NCBI GenBank assembly: GCA_963715295.1
Contig: CAVQRP010000007.1
Coordinates: 37,330 to 101,329, forward strand
Length of the DNA: 64,000 nt
Direction: 5' to 3'
From: an uncultured Chloroflexia bacterium
GTDB taxonomy: Bacteria > Chloroflexota > Limnocylindria > Limnocylindrales > CSP1-4
Shown here: positions 19,977 to 29,269 of the stretch, piece after piece
Layout of the letters: each line of letters begins with the position of its first letter
Position numbering within the stretch: position 1 is the first letter of the stretch
The notes under the pieces: generated by a model
What the model saw: the letters and a program-made list of their open reading frames with translations, nothing else
The model's database searches: none
What the model was told of the DNA's origin: nothing
Translations under genes and position numbers: made by a program

Positions 19977-20456
19977 ATGGCTGATGCGCTCGTGGAACTG
20001 CTCGAAACACTGGCCCTGCCCTACGAGATCATCCCCTGTGATCCCGCGCTGGCCGATACAGCCGCCTTCTGCGAGAGCTACGGCTACGAGCTCGCCGACT
20101 CGGCCAACACCATCATCGTGGCCGGCAAGTCGGAACCTCCGGTCTACGCCGCCTGCGTGGTCCTGGCCACGACTCGACTCGATGTCAACCGGGCCGTCCG
20201 GGCGCGACTGGGGACCCGACGAGCCTCGTTCGCGGGCGGCGAGGAGACGAAACGGATCACGGGCATGGAGATCGGAGGCGTCACGCCCTTCGGCCTGCCC
20301 GCTGATCTGCCCCTGTGGATCGATGCCCAGGTGATGGACCGCAGCCAGATCATCCTTGGCGGCGGAAGCCGGGAGCGCAAGGTGCTGGGCCCACCGCAGA
20401 TGCTGACGGCACTTGGCGGGGTCGTGGTGAAAGGTCTGGCCAGGGACGCGGAGTGA
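19977..20456 (+). CDS. YbaK/ProX-type aminoacyl-tRNA deacylase domain protein
   Basis: 159 aa YbaK fold (GMEIGGVTPFG). Good SD GAGGAG 8 nt upstream of the ATG. Confidence 0.8.
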   Translation: MADALVELLETLALPYEIIPCDPALADTAAFCESYGYELADSANTIIVAGKSEPPVYAACVVLATTRLDVNRAVRARLGTRRASFAGGEETKRITGMEIGGVTPFGLPADLPLWIDAQVMDRSQIILGGGSRERKVLGPPQMLTALGGVVVKGLARDAE

Positions 20457-20550
20457 CAGACGGGTCGCAGCGGCGTCCAGGCGCACGAGCAGGACCAAGT
20501 ACCATCGGACGACGGTCCGGAAATCGCGGGCACACATCCAAGAGGCAGCG

Positions 20551-20772
20551 GTGAGCAAGAAACAGAAGCACCATACCGAGAGCAGCAAGTCCCACAACGC
20601 GCGACGGGAGCACGACCGCAAGGCGCGCGCTCACAACGACAACGTCTACGCCAGCAGTGGTGGCGTTGGTGGTGGCCGATCGAAGGCGGTCCGCTGGGTC
20701 CTGCTGGGCATCGCCGTCGTGATCGTGGCCTCTCTGACCCTGATGTTCATGGCCGGCTGGATCGAATGGTGA
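20551..20772 (+). CDS. Small basic protein with C-terminal TM helix
   Basis: 73 aa, GTG start, Lys/His-rich N-terminus and a hydrophobic C-terminal helix. Coding potential is moderate. Confidence 0.4.
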   Translation: MSKKQKHHTESSKSHNARREHDRKARAHNDNVYASSGGVGGGRSKAVRWVLLGIAVVIVASLTLMFMAGWIEW

Positions 20773-20841
20773 CTCGGAGCTGCCACCAGGCAGCGGTGTA
20801 GCGACGACTTCAGCCGTCAGCCCCCGGGCAGGCGGAGGCCC

Positions 20842-21577
20842 TCAGCCCAGACCGACGTTGGGCGGCAGGCTGAGCATGAACAGCAGTCCCCCCGCGAAGA
20901 GGACGAGCGCGCCCAGGATCATCGCGACCCGTACGCGCCGCCCCCGGAACTTGGTCCCCACCCCGGCGAAGAAGAGGACCGACGCCATGATGACCGCGAC
21001 GAGGACGAAGTTGTCCCCGGTCTGGTTGGCATCGCCGGCCTTGGCGGTCGCAGCATCGGCATCCAGGTTCAGCTGGCGTGCCTCAGCGCGGGCGACGCCG
21101 GCCGAGGCGTCATATTCGGCCAGGTCAAAGGGGGTTCCCGGCGGGATCTCGCCAGCTGGGGCTGATGCCAGCCAGGAGTCGAAGGCGGGCCTGAACTCGG
21201 GCCTGAGGCGATCCTCGAGCACGACCATGCCGCGGGTGTTGCTTTCGGCCGCCATGATCAGCCAGGTCGCCAGGAACTCCGAATCGACCTCCACGCCCTC
21301 GGCGTAGACCGTGGTGGCCTCCGCCGCCTCGGTGCGCAGCGCCAGCGCCTGATTGGCGGCCTTGGCCTGCTCGCCGCTCCAGCGGGTGGACTGGTATGCG
21401 GACCACGCGGCGATGATCGTGGCGAGGGCCAGGATGGTCGCTGCGAGCAGCTCTACCCAGTCGGTCTTGTCGAAGCGCGTGGCCAGCTCGTCGAGCCGGC
21501 CCTCGACGCGGCTGACCAGCGTCGCCGGGTCGTCGTCGGTGACAACGGGCTGAGGAGCGGGACTATCGTTGGTCATG
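20842..21577 (-). CDS. Hypothetical membrane protein (DUF4337-like topology)
   Basis: N-terminal TM, long Ala-rich coiled segment and a C-terminal double TM. High GC3. Confidence 0.55.
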
Positions 21578-21866
21578 TTGAGGGGCCTGTCGCGCGATGG
21601 GGTCGATCGCTGCAGCGTAGCTTGAGCGGATGGCATCCTGTTCGCCGCCTGGAGCACTGCGTCACGCATGTCGCTGCCGGCCCACTCCCGATGGCTATCA
21701 CACGCGGAGCGACGGACTGACGCGGAAAGACATGCCGCTTGGCCGAGCGCAACCTCGTCAAGGCCCAGCGCGGGTGTCTCCCGTCCCGAACGCCGATCGC
21801 CTTGCGCGACGGGTTAGGCTGGGCGTGTGGGCTCCGCCGTGGGAGCCCAGACAGGAGATGCGGCCC

Positions 21867-22262
21867 ATGCGCTTCGGTGAACTTCGGGGCCTGACGAGCC
21901 TGCCCATCCATCGGCTCCGAGACCAGTTCCGATACGAGGATGTGCTCACCGTCCTGCCGGTGCGAGACGCAGCCACCTCCAGCGAGTCACTCTTCGTCGC
22001 CACTCGCGCGGTGCTTGCCATCCTGACCACGGTGCGCGTGCCGCGTGGGCATTGGATGACCCGCTGGGCGCCATGGGGCTCGGTCCAGATCGTGGATCAG
22101 TCCGGCCCGCCGGGACCGGACGATGATGTGTACCGTCTCAGGGTGCTCGTGGGCGGCCAGATGTTCCACGCTCAGCTGACCGGTGAGACTGGACGCCTTG
22201 CGCTACGGGACTTCGTGATCGCGGTCCGCTCGTCGCGCTCGACGAACGTCGCGCCGCGGTGA
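21867..22262 (+). CDS. Conserved hypothetical protein, paralog A (~131 aa)
   Basis: SD GGAG 9 nt upstream. About 45% identical to the ORF at 23050..23457 (LRGLTSLPI, WMTRWAPW, GE.GR.ALRDFV). Confidence 0.6.
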   Translation: MRFGELRGLTSLPIHRLRDQFRYEDVLTVLPVRDAATSSESLFVATRAVLAILTTVRVPRGHWMTRWAPWGSVQIVDQSGPPGPDDDVYRLRVLVGGQMFHAQLTGETGRLALRDFVIAVRSSRSTNVAPR

Positions 22263-22337
22263 CCCCCCGATGATCCGTCCGATGCTCCTTCGAGCCGCCC
22301 ACTATGCTCAAGGGCGACTTCTATCAAAGGTGGCGAT

Positions 22338-22616
22338 ATGCGGATGACGGACTTTCGAGCAGGCTGGGCCGTGCTGGGCAATGACGGTCGTCAGGTAGGG
22401 ACCGTCAAGAGCGTGGGGCAGAACTACATCCTGACGTCACGGCACGGCTTCTCCGCCGACCTGTACGTCCCCGTTTCGTCGATCGCCAACGTGGAGAACG
22501 AGACCATCCACCTGAACATCACGCAGCGCGACACTGAGCAGATGGGATGGGAGCAGGCTCCGAGAGACGACGAGCTCGAGGCCGGTCCGGAGAGCGACCT
22601 GCACCGGCACGTCTGA
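22338..22616 (+). CDS. DUF2171 (PRC-barrel-like) domain protein
   Basis: 92 aa; pattern GW.V.G.DG..VGTV..V.......S......LYVP.S.I..V....IHLN. SD GGTGG. Confidence 0.75.
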   Translation: MRMTDFRAGWAVLGNDGRQVGTVKSVGQNYILTSRHGFSADLYVPVSSIANVENETIHLNITQRDTEQMGWEQAPRDDELEAGPESDLHRHV

Positions 22617-23049
22617 ACCATCAGGCTGACCCATACGCGTGTAGACACTGACTACGCCGCCTCGCATCAGGTGAGATCCCCACCCGCGGGGTCGGGCTTC
22701 GACCCGGCGAGGGTGCATCCGGTCACCACCATCGAGCTCCAGGCCTCGACATCGATGCGTCTCCGGCTCATGGTCATCGCTGCCGGGAGGGTCGACGACG
22801 ACGCTCACCAAGGGAGACCGGCACTCCCGGCGCCATCTCCTCCCGTCCGGACCGACGACCGCTGTCGCACGATCGATGTGCCGGCGCTGGGTTCTCTTCG
22901 ATGCCACCTCCGTCCGAACGCGGCACGAGCCGACCGCCACCAGGGATGAGTCAGGATCGACGCCGACGCATCGTGGCAACTCCTCTTGGCCCCGTGGCGT
23001 ATCGTGATGTCGCCAGCGTCGCCGTGGCGCCGGCAACGGAGGTGTCGTC

Positions 23050-23457
23050 TTGCAGTTCATGCAGCTCCGAGGCCTTACCAGCCTGCCCATCGATCGGATC
23101 GTCAACCAGTTCAGGAACGAGGACGTGCGTGCGGTCCTGCCGGCCCTTGTCAGGGCCCGCACCGCCGACGTGCTGCTCGTGGCCACCACCCCGGCGCTCG
23201 CCATCGTCATCGCCGACCCACGCGGCCGCGAGGGGCCCTGGATGACCCGGTGGGCCCCGTGGGACACCGTCCGCTTGAGCGATGGGGCCGATCCCTGGAC
23301 CGAGCAGCTCGACGACGAGTACCAGCTGTTCGTCGATGTCGGGCGGGTGCGGTTCGAGTCACGGCTGATCGGCGAGAAGGGCCGCAAGGCCCTGCGGGAC
23401 TTCGTGGTCGCAGCCACGGCCCGACCCGCTCGCGAGACGGCGACACTCCTCGAGTGA
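23050..23457 (+). CDS. Conserved hypothetical protein, paralog B (~135 aa)
   Basis: Paralog of 21867..22262. SD GGAGG 9 nt upstream. TTG or ATG start. Confidence 0.6.
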   Translation: MQFMQLRGLTSLPIDRIVNQFRNEDVRAVLPALVRARTADVLLVATTPALAIVIADPRGREGPWMTRWAPWDTVRLSDGADPWTEQLDDEYQLFVDVGRVRFESRLIGEKGRKALRDFVVAATARPARETATLLE

Positions 23458-23613
23458 GACGGTGCGTCAGCCGCGCTTCGCCTCTGACTCCGTGAACGCC
23501 TGTCAGCGCGCCATGGCCGTCGGCGCGTCGTGGAGGTCGAGCTTGACGGACAGCACGCGCTCTGGATCAGCCCAAACAGGGCCGGACGAACGCGACGCTT
23601 GGCCCGACGGTGC

Positions 23614-24423
23614 CTAGGCCTCGACCAGTTCCGGCTCTTGCTCCAGCGCGCCAGCATCGTCGGTCGACGACGCCTCGGCGCGCTCCTTGACGCCGAGCAT
23701 GTGTTTGCGGGTCATGGCGAAGACGCCGAGCCCCATCATCGGCATGCTCAGCCTCTGCGGCAGACCGGCATCGGCCGTCCAGATGCGGAATCGCTCGATG
23801 AGGCGGGTCTTGCCACCGCTCGCGGGTTCCAGGATGAACGCCCAGGTCCCACGGAACTCCGGCATCGTCATGTCGCCCATGACGCCGGCCACCCGCAGGC
23901 CAGCGGGAGTGTCCGCATCGATGTCGGCGAGCGCTTCGCCGCCCTTCTCCGGGACGGCTGCGTCCATCTGGCTCTGGACCAGTTCGGTGTCCAGGTAGAG
24001 GACGAGGGTCTTCTCAGGCTCCACGACCTTGGCCACGAAGCCGCCACCTGGGTGGGTGGGCACGATATCGCCTTCCACGAGGTCTTGGAACTCCTCGAGG
24101 ACGGTATCGGCGCTGCTGCCTTTCACGTCGAGCTTGTCGTAGCTATACCAGCCGCCGCGCCCATAGCCCATCTGGACGAGCCAGGGCCAGACCTTGGACG
24201 GAGCCGCGTCGAGGACGAGGCTACGGGTCTCCACGATGCCGGGATCCTCGATGAGCTCGTCGCCGGGCAGCGACTTCGCGACATCCGTGGGCACCACACC
24301 CCAGGACTTCTGCTGCTCACGGAGCTGCACGTAGAGGGCTACGGCAAGGCCGGCCAGGAAGGAGAACGCGACGACCTTGAGCCTCATGATGAGCTTGAAC
24401 CCGAACTTGATGGGCCAAAGCAT
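23614..24423 (-). CDS. Hypothetical membrane-anchored protein (SRPBCC-like)
   Basis: 269 aa with an N-terminal TM and high GC3. No specific motif recognised. Confidence 0.55.
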   Translation of the reverse strand: MLWPIKFGFKLIMRLKVVAFSFLAGLAVALYVQLREQQKSWGVVPTDVAKSLPGDELIEDPGIVETRSLVLDAAPSKVWPWLVQMGYGRGGWYSYDKLDVKGSSADTVLEEFQDLVEGDIVPTHPGGGFVAKVVEPEKTLVLYLDTELVQSQMDAAVPEKGGEALADIDADTPAGLRVAGVMGDMTMPEFRGTWAFILEPASGGKTRLIERFRIWTADAGLPQRLSMPMMGLGVFAMTRKHMLGVKERAEASSTDDAGALEQEPELVEA

Positions 24424-24866
24424 GCGGTGATCTCCTCAGCACGGGACAGGATGCGTGACGAGCGTACGCCTCGGAACGAGACCAGTCAGGTGCTGTTCGG
24501 GGCCCACCGTTAGGGCCGGAAGGTGTCACTTCGTCGCCACTGGGCAGGGTCAGCGGACTGGATCGTGCGGAGTCCGTTGCCGGAGGCCTTTCAGGCCCGG
24601 CCGCGGTCGCGCCACGCGGCGTCCGTCGCGAAACACCGGCATCACTCGGGGGTCATCAGATGTCGCTTTCTGCGTCTCGCGATCGACGGTCTCGATCACG
24701 GCGCTATCCCACCAGGCGAGCAGGACCCGTCAGAGGTCCACGCGTCCCACCTCGAAGAGACCGCTCGGCTCTTCGGACGGTGGCAACGGTGTCGGCAGCA
24801 TCAGGTGGCGCGGTCATCGGCCTCCCGACGTGAGACGCCGGGCCGTGCCACGCCTGGGGAGGGTTC

Positions 24867-25706
24867 ATGATCGCGAATGCCGCTCGGACCTGGCTCCTGC
24901 TCTCGATCGGCGCCGCCGCGCTCGCGATGCTGGGCAGCGCGGTGGCGCTGGCGGACCAGCAGGTCTACGACCAGCTGACGACGGCCTTCCTCTCGCAGGC
25001 CCTCGCCCAGGACCTCGTCAACCTCTTCGTCGTCTCGCCGGCGATCATGGTCCTTGCCGCCCTCGCGCTGCGCCGATCGGTCCGTGCGTATCCGCTGTGG
25101 CTGGGCACGCTGCTCTTCACGGTTTACAACTACGTCATCTACGCGGTCGCGATCCCCTTCGGCTCCCTCTTCCTGCTCTGGGTCGCGGTGCTCGGCGCGG
25201 CGCTCTTCGGGCTACTTGGGGGAGCCGCGGCCATCGACCGTGCCGAGGTCCTGGCGCACTATCGCGACCTGCGGACTCCCCGCATCGTCGGGTGGGCCCT
25301 CATCGTGATCGCACTGCTGTTCGGGGCGCTGTGGCTCTCGGAGGACGTGCCCGCGCTGCTGGCTGGGACGCCACCTGCCAGCCTCGCCGAACAGGGGGTC
25401 ATCACGAACCCAGTCCACGTCCTGGACCTGGCCTTCTTCCTGCCCGCTACGCTCCTGGTCGGCGCCGCCTGGCTGCGTGGCAGCGCACGGGCGGGCACGT
25501 TCGCTCCGGCGTTCCTGGTCTTCCTGCTCCTCACAGGCCTTCCGATCATCGTGACGCCGGCGGTGCAAGCGGTGCGTGGCGACGACGCAGCCTGGGGCGT
25601 CATCGTCCCCATCGGGATCATCACGGCTATCGTCGTGGTGCTCCTCGGCTGGCTGATCTCATCGATGGTTCCAGAGGCGACCACGGAGGGCGCCCGTCAG
25701 GATTGA
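24867..25706 (+). CDS. Integral membrane protein (about 8 TM)
   Basis: 279 aa, strongly hydrophobic, SD GGGGAGGG upstream. Confidence 0.6.
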   Translation: MIANAARTWLLLSIGAAALAMLGSAVALADQQVYDQLTTAFLSQALAQDLVNLFVVSPAIMVLAALALRRSVRAYPLWLGTLLFTVYNYVIYAVAIPFGSLFLLWVAVLGAALFGLLGGAAAIDRAEVLAHYRDLRTPRIVGWALIVIALLFGALWLSEDVPALLAGTPPASLAEQGVITNPVHVLDLAFFLPATLLVGAAWLRGSARAGTFAPAFLVFLLLTGLPIIVTPAVQAVRGDDAAWGVIVPIGIITAIVVVLLGWLISSMVPEATTEGARQD

Positions 25707-25969
25707 CGTGGACGTTCCTCGTATGCGTGAAACCTGACGGCCTTCACGGTCCGCCTCTGTCGCGCCAGCATGCGCCCTGTTCGATGCGGTGGCGGCAGCC
25801 TCAGCCCGGGCGCGACAACGCAGGCTCCGATGATTACCGCGGCAAGATCCAGCCATCCATCCGACAGCACCGCGGTCATGCCATCCCTCTGACGTGGCTG
25901 TCAGCGGTCGGCCAAAGGCCGCACCGTGCGAGCTAGAACCTCGCATCCACGCACGAATACCGGGAACTG

Positions 25970-26045
25970 TGGTGAGCCGGCTGGGATTCGAACCCAGGAC
26001 ACGAGGATTAAAAGTCCCCTGCTCTGACCGCTGAGCTACCGGCCC
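25970..26045 (-). tRNA. tRNA-Lys (UUU)
   Basis: 76-nt cloverleaf with anticodon loop CUUUUAA, T-loop TTCGAAT and encoded CCA. Confidence 0.9.
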
Positions 26046-26102
26046 GTCTTTCGGACTCAAGCAGAACAGTAGCGCCGTCGGGGAACCGCCGCGGCGCCAC
26101 CC

Positions 26103-26791
26103 TCAGGAGCAGGCGTCGATCCAGTCGATGTCGAGGGCGAAGTCGCCGTCGATCCCATCGGCGATGATGATGCCGAACTCGCGAGCTGTAGCGGGATCGA
26201 ACGGCGGCGCGTCGACGAGTAGTCCGAACACCGAGGGCACGAGCTGGTCGTACTCCACGGTGGCGATCGCCCAGCCGTCGCTGTCGACAGGACCGATGTC
26301 GAGATCGGCCCGGTGCGACACCAGTCGTCCACGAAACTCGGCAGCATCCTCGAGGGTCAGGCCGTAGGTACGTCCGTCAGGGCGCACGCGCATCTCGATA
26401 CGGCTGGTGTCGACCAGTTCGTCGCCCTCCAGGCGCAGCCTGCCACTCGTGAATCCGCCCCCAGCAGTCACGACGCTACCCTCGAACCGCAGCCGCGACT
26501 CATCGATGAACCCACCGCCGTCGGAGCGGCCACCCATGACGCCGTCGTTCACGACGAACCACGTACCGGTGTCGTCGGCGGTGAAGTCCGTGAGGCGCCG
26601 GCATTCGGCGCTGTCGGTCGCGGCGGGCTGGGTCGACCCCGGGCCGGCTGTCTCCGCTGGTCCGGCCGTGGGGGATGGTGGTGCGGTCGACGGCTCGGCG
26701 CTGGCACCGACGGAGGCGGAGCCGGGGTCAAAGTGAGGGCGGCCAGTGCCACCATCACGACTACACCGCGGGCGAGACGGTTCATCCGCAT
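26103..26791 (-). CDS. CIA30-domain (complex I intermediate-associated protein 30-like) secreted/lipoprotein; N-terminal signal and Pro-rich linker in a different frame
   Basis: The CIA30 domain MNDGVMGGRSDGGGF... is intact (26103..26552). A signal peptide MRMNRLARGVVVMVALAALT plus P-rich linker lies in another frame (26549..26791), implying one frameshift. Confidence 0.55.
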
Positions 26792-26910
26792 AGGGAAACG
26801 GTCATAAGCGAGCGTTCGGACATGGAAACCTCGGACTGATCGATCGGTCAGCCAACGATACCGCTGACGCCTGCTGCGGTGCGAGAAGGCGCGCCCTGCC
26901 CACATACGAG

Positions 26911-26975
26911 GCTGCAGCGCTCAGCCGGAACGGCTCAAAGAGTGCCCTGTCCTGACCGCCGAGCTAGCGGCCCAG
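26911..26975 (-). other. Degenerate tRNA-like remnant (resembles the 5' half of tRNA-Lys)
   Basis: GGGCCGCTAGCTCGGCGGTCAGGACAGGGCACTCTTTGAGCC is about 78% identical to the first 45 nt of the tRNA-Lys at 25970..26045. No T-arm or acceptor 3' strand. Confidence 0.4.
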
Positions 26976-27043
26976 TGATGTCGGCCAGGTCCATGGCTGC
27001 AAAGGGCCGACGACCGGCTCCAGCGGCGGCACCGGCCCCGATC

Positions 27044-28477
27044 CTACTCGGTGGCCGCCGCGGCCTCGGGGGTGATGACGTACGTGCCGACCTCCTGGCT
27101 CATCGGGTCAAGGGCCACGACCCAGGCGCTGCCGTCAGGCGCGAAGTCGAGGTCCGAGATGCAGCTGCCGGCGAGGAACGGCTGCCACGTCTCACCGTCG
27201 AAGCGGGCCACGCCATCACAGGTGCGTCTCCCAGTCCCGGTTGACGGGTCTGTCCCGCTGGCCGCGACGATGGTGGCATTGACCCAGGCGCTGCCGTCGG
27301 GCGCGGCCCTGAGCATGTCGGTGGGGGAGTTCCACTCCCCCCTCTGGCCGCCCCACGTGCCGACCCCGTCGGCTGCCGTGAACGTCGTCCAGCCCTGCTC
27401 GTCGAGTCGGGTGAGGCTCTGGTGCTGCACGAACGGGTCGCCGGCCGTCCACACCGTGCCACCGTCGGGTGTCAAGCCGACCGGATGAGTGAGCGGCGTG
27501 GGATCCCCGGGGTAGTCAGCGGGGGCGGGAAGGACCTGCCACTCCGTGCCGTCGAAGCGCAGGAACGAGACGGACCCGTCCTTGTCCGCCAGGGCCGTGA
27601 GCCAGACGATGCCGTCGTCCGTCACCACGGGTCCGGCCACCCCATGGTTTCCGCCGTCGAAGACATCAGGCCAACTGGTGCACCCGGCCGAGGTCTCGTC
27701 GGTCCAGCAGAGCTCGTGCGACTTGAGCCAGACCCTGCCATCAGCCTGCACCGCGATGGCGTCGAAGTCGCCCTCGACCCGGTGCTCGGCAGGCTCCCAC
27801 GCGCCATCCTCGAAGACTCTGGGAGCGCCGTTCGCGAGGGCCCAGAGCCGACCATCCAGACCGGCGTCGATCTGGCCATCCCAGAACGACACGGGAACGG
27901 GGTCGACGTCCCACGCACGCTCCTGTCCGACTCTATAGAGCCGCAGGCACCTCGACTCGGGGGCGGGCGCGACGCACGCTGCGGTGCGCCAGACGTTGCC
28001 GGCATCGCCCACGATGACGGCTCGCAGCCCGGGGTAGAGATAGTCCGCCCTTGCTGCGCCGAAAGTGAATCGCCTCATCGGGTCCGTCGATGTCGTCAGG
28101 TCGCGGTATCCGTCGTTGATGACCCGGAGGACGCCGGGCTCGACCTCCTCGGTGACCATCGTGGAGAGGAACGCCTTGGTCGTCACCGGGGAGGGTGGCT
28201 CGGTCACCGCCGCCGGGGCCATCTGGTCGCCCCGCTGTGTCGTGAGGATGCCAGCGAGAAGGAAGCCGCCGAACAGCGCCACGATGACGCTGGCGGCGAT
28301 GAACTTGACTGCGGAGAACACGGTGAACCCCCCTGTGTCGAAGTGAGGCAGCCAGGAACGCTGCTGCGGGGTGTCGAGGTCCGGGATCGCCAGCACCTCG
28401 TCGAGGAGTGCCGGCGGCTCGGGGATGCGGCTGCGCGCCTCATAGGTCGCCCGGAGCGCAGTGTCGAGGTCGTTCAT
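27044..28477 (-). CDS. Anti-sigma factor with extracytoplasmic beta-propeller-like domain
   Basis: Start overlaps the ECF sigma stop. Short cytoplasmic N-terminus, one TM, then Trp/Asp/Gly-rich repeats (DGxxW, DGSAWV) over roughly 380 aa. Confidence 0.65.
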   Translation of the reverse strand: MNDLDTALRATYEARSRIPEPPALLDEVLAIPDLDTPQQRSWLPHFDTGGFTVFSAVKFIAASVIVALFGGFLLAGILTTQRGDQMAPAAVTEPPSPVTTKAFLSTMVTEEVEPGVLRVINDGYRDLTTSTDPMRRFTFGAARADYLYPGLRAVIVGDAGNVWRTAACVAPAPESRCLRLYRVGQERAWDVDPVPVSFWDGQIDAGLDGRLWALANGAPRVFEDGAWEPAEHRVEGDFDAIAVQADGRVWLKSHELCWTDETSAGCTSWPDVFDGGNHGVAGPVVTDDGIVWLTALADKDGSVSFLRFDGTEWQVLPAPADYPGDPTPLTHPVGLTPDGGTVWTAGDPFVQHQSLTRLDEQGWTTFTAADGVGTWGGQRGEWNSPTDMLRAAPDGSAWVNATIVAASGTDPSTGTGRRTCDGVARFDGETWQPFLAGSCISDLDFAPDGSAWVVALDPMSQEVGTYVITPEAAAATE

Positions 28478-29043
28478 CGTCGTGTTCCCCGTGTGTCCGC
28501 CTCGTCCAGCACGGAGCGGAGGCGACGCTGAGCGTTGTGAAGACGCGACATGACGGTGCCGGAAGGGACTCCCAGCAGGGTCGCGATGTCATCGACCTTC
28601 AAGTCGCGGTAGTAGCGGAGCGCGAGGACGACCTGGTCGTCGGCCTTCAGTCGGGCCAGACCTGCCTCGATGCGCAACCGCTCAGGTATCGGTGCGATCA
28701 GGTCCGCTGCGGGTATCGACTCGGCGAGCGCGCCATCGTCGGTGATCAGCCTGGAGCCACGGCGGAGGCGATCACGACAGGTGTTGACGACGATACGTCC
28801 GAACCAGGACTCGAACCGCTGCTGGTCACGCAGCGTGCCCCATTTCCGCCATGCAGTGACGAATGCATCGTGGACGGCATCCCTGGCCTCGCTGGGGTCA
28901 CCCAGGATGGCGCTGGCGAGCCGGTAGCTGTCCGAGAGCTGGCGTGTGGCGAGCCGCCTGAAGGCGACCGCCTTCTCGTCGGCTCGCACGCCCTGCGCCC
29001 GATGGCCAGCGACTTGATCGTCCAGAGCCTGCCTCGTCGTCAT
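28474..29043 (-). CDS. RNA polymerase sigma-70 factor, ECF subfamily
   Basis: Regions 2 and 4 (FVTAWRKW, LALRYYRDLKVDDIATLLGVPSGTVMSRLH). Confidence 0.85.
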   Translation of the reverse strand: MTTRQALDDQVAGHRAQGVRADEKAVAFRRLATRQLSDSYRLASAILGDPSEARDAVHDAFVTAWRKWGTLRDQQRFESWFGRIVVNTCRDRLRRGSRLITDDGALAESIPAADLIAPIPERLRIEAGLARLKADDQVVLALRYYRDLKVDDIATLLGVPSGTVMSRLHNAQRRLRSVLDEADTRGTRR

Positions 29044-29269
29044 GGTGACCGGGTGCGTCGGCACCCGTCGTTCGGCTTCCACAATGACATGACGATCGGC
29101 GAACCGAAAACATTCATCCGCAGCTGGAGGAGATGAAACGCGAATACGGTGACGCCCCGGTCTCGATCGTCGCTATCCCAACGCGTGGCGCGCCCTGGGA
29201 GCCAAACCGCTCGAAGACCCATTGCGACCAAGCGCCTTGTCGAACCCCGTTGACCGGGGAAGTGGGGGC

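Noticed and set aside
22437-23657. 406-aa minus-strand ORF
   Set aside because: Arg/Ser/Pro-rich, with no motif. Antisense to the DUF2171 gene and paralog B. It is a typical high-GC stop-codon-free artefact.
25697-25879. 60-aa minus-strand ORF between the membrane-protein gene and tRNA-Lys
   Set aside because: Overlaps the 3' end of the plus-strand gene. Mixed codon bias, no SD and no homology features.
26057-26975. Integrated element bounded by tRNA-Lys and its partial copy
   Set aside because: No integrase, excisionase or other mobility genes in or near the interval. The duplicated part is the 5' half of the tRNA, not the 3' half used by most tRNA-targeting integrases. Kept as a finding about a remnant, not called a mobile element.
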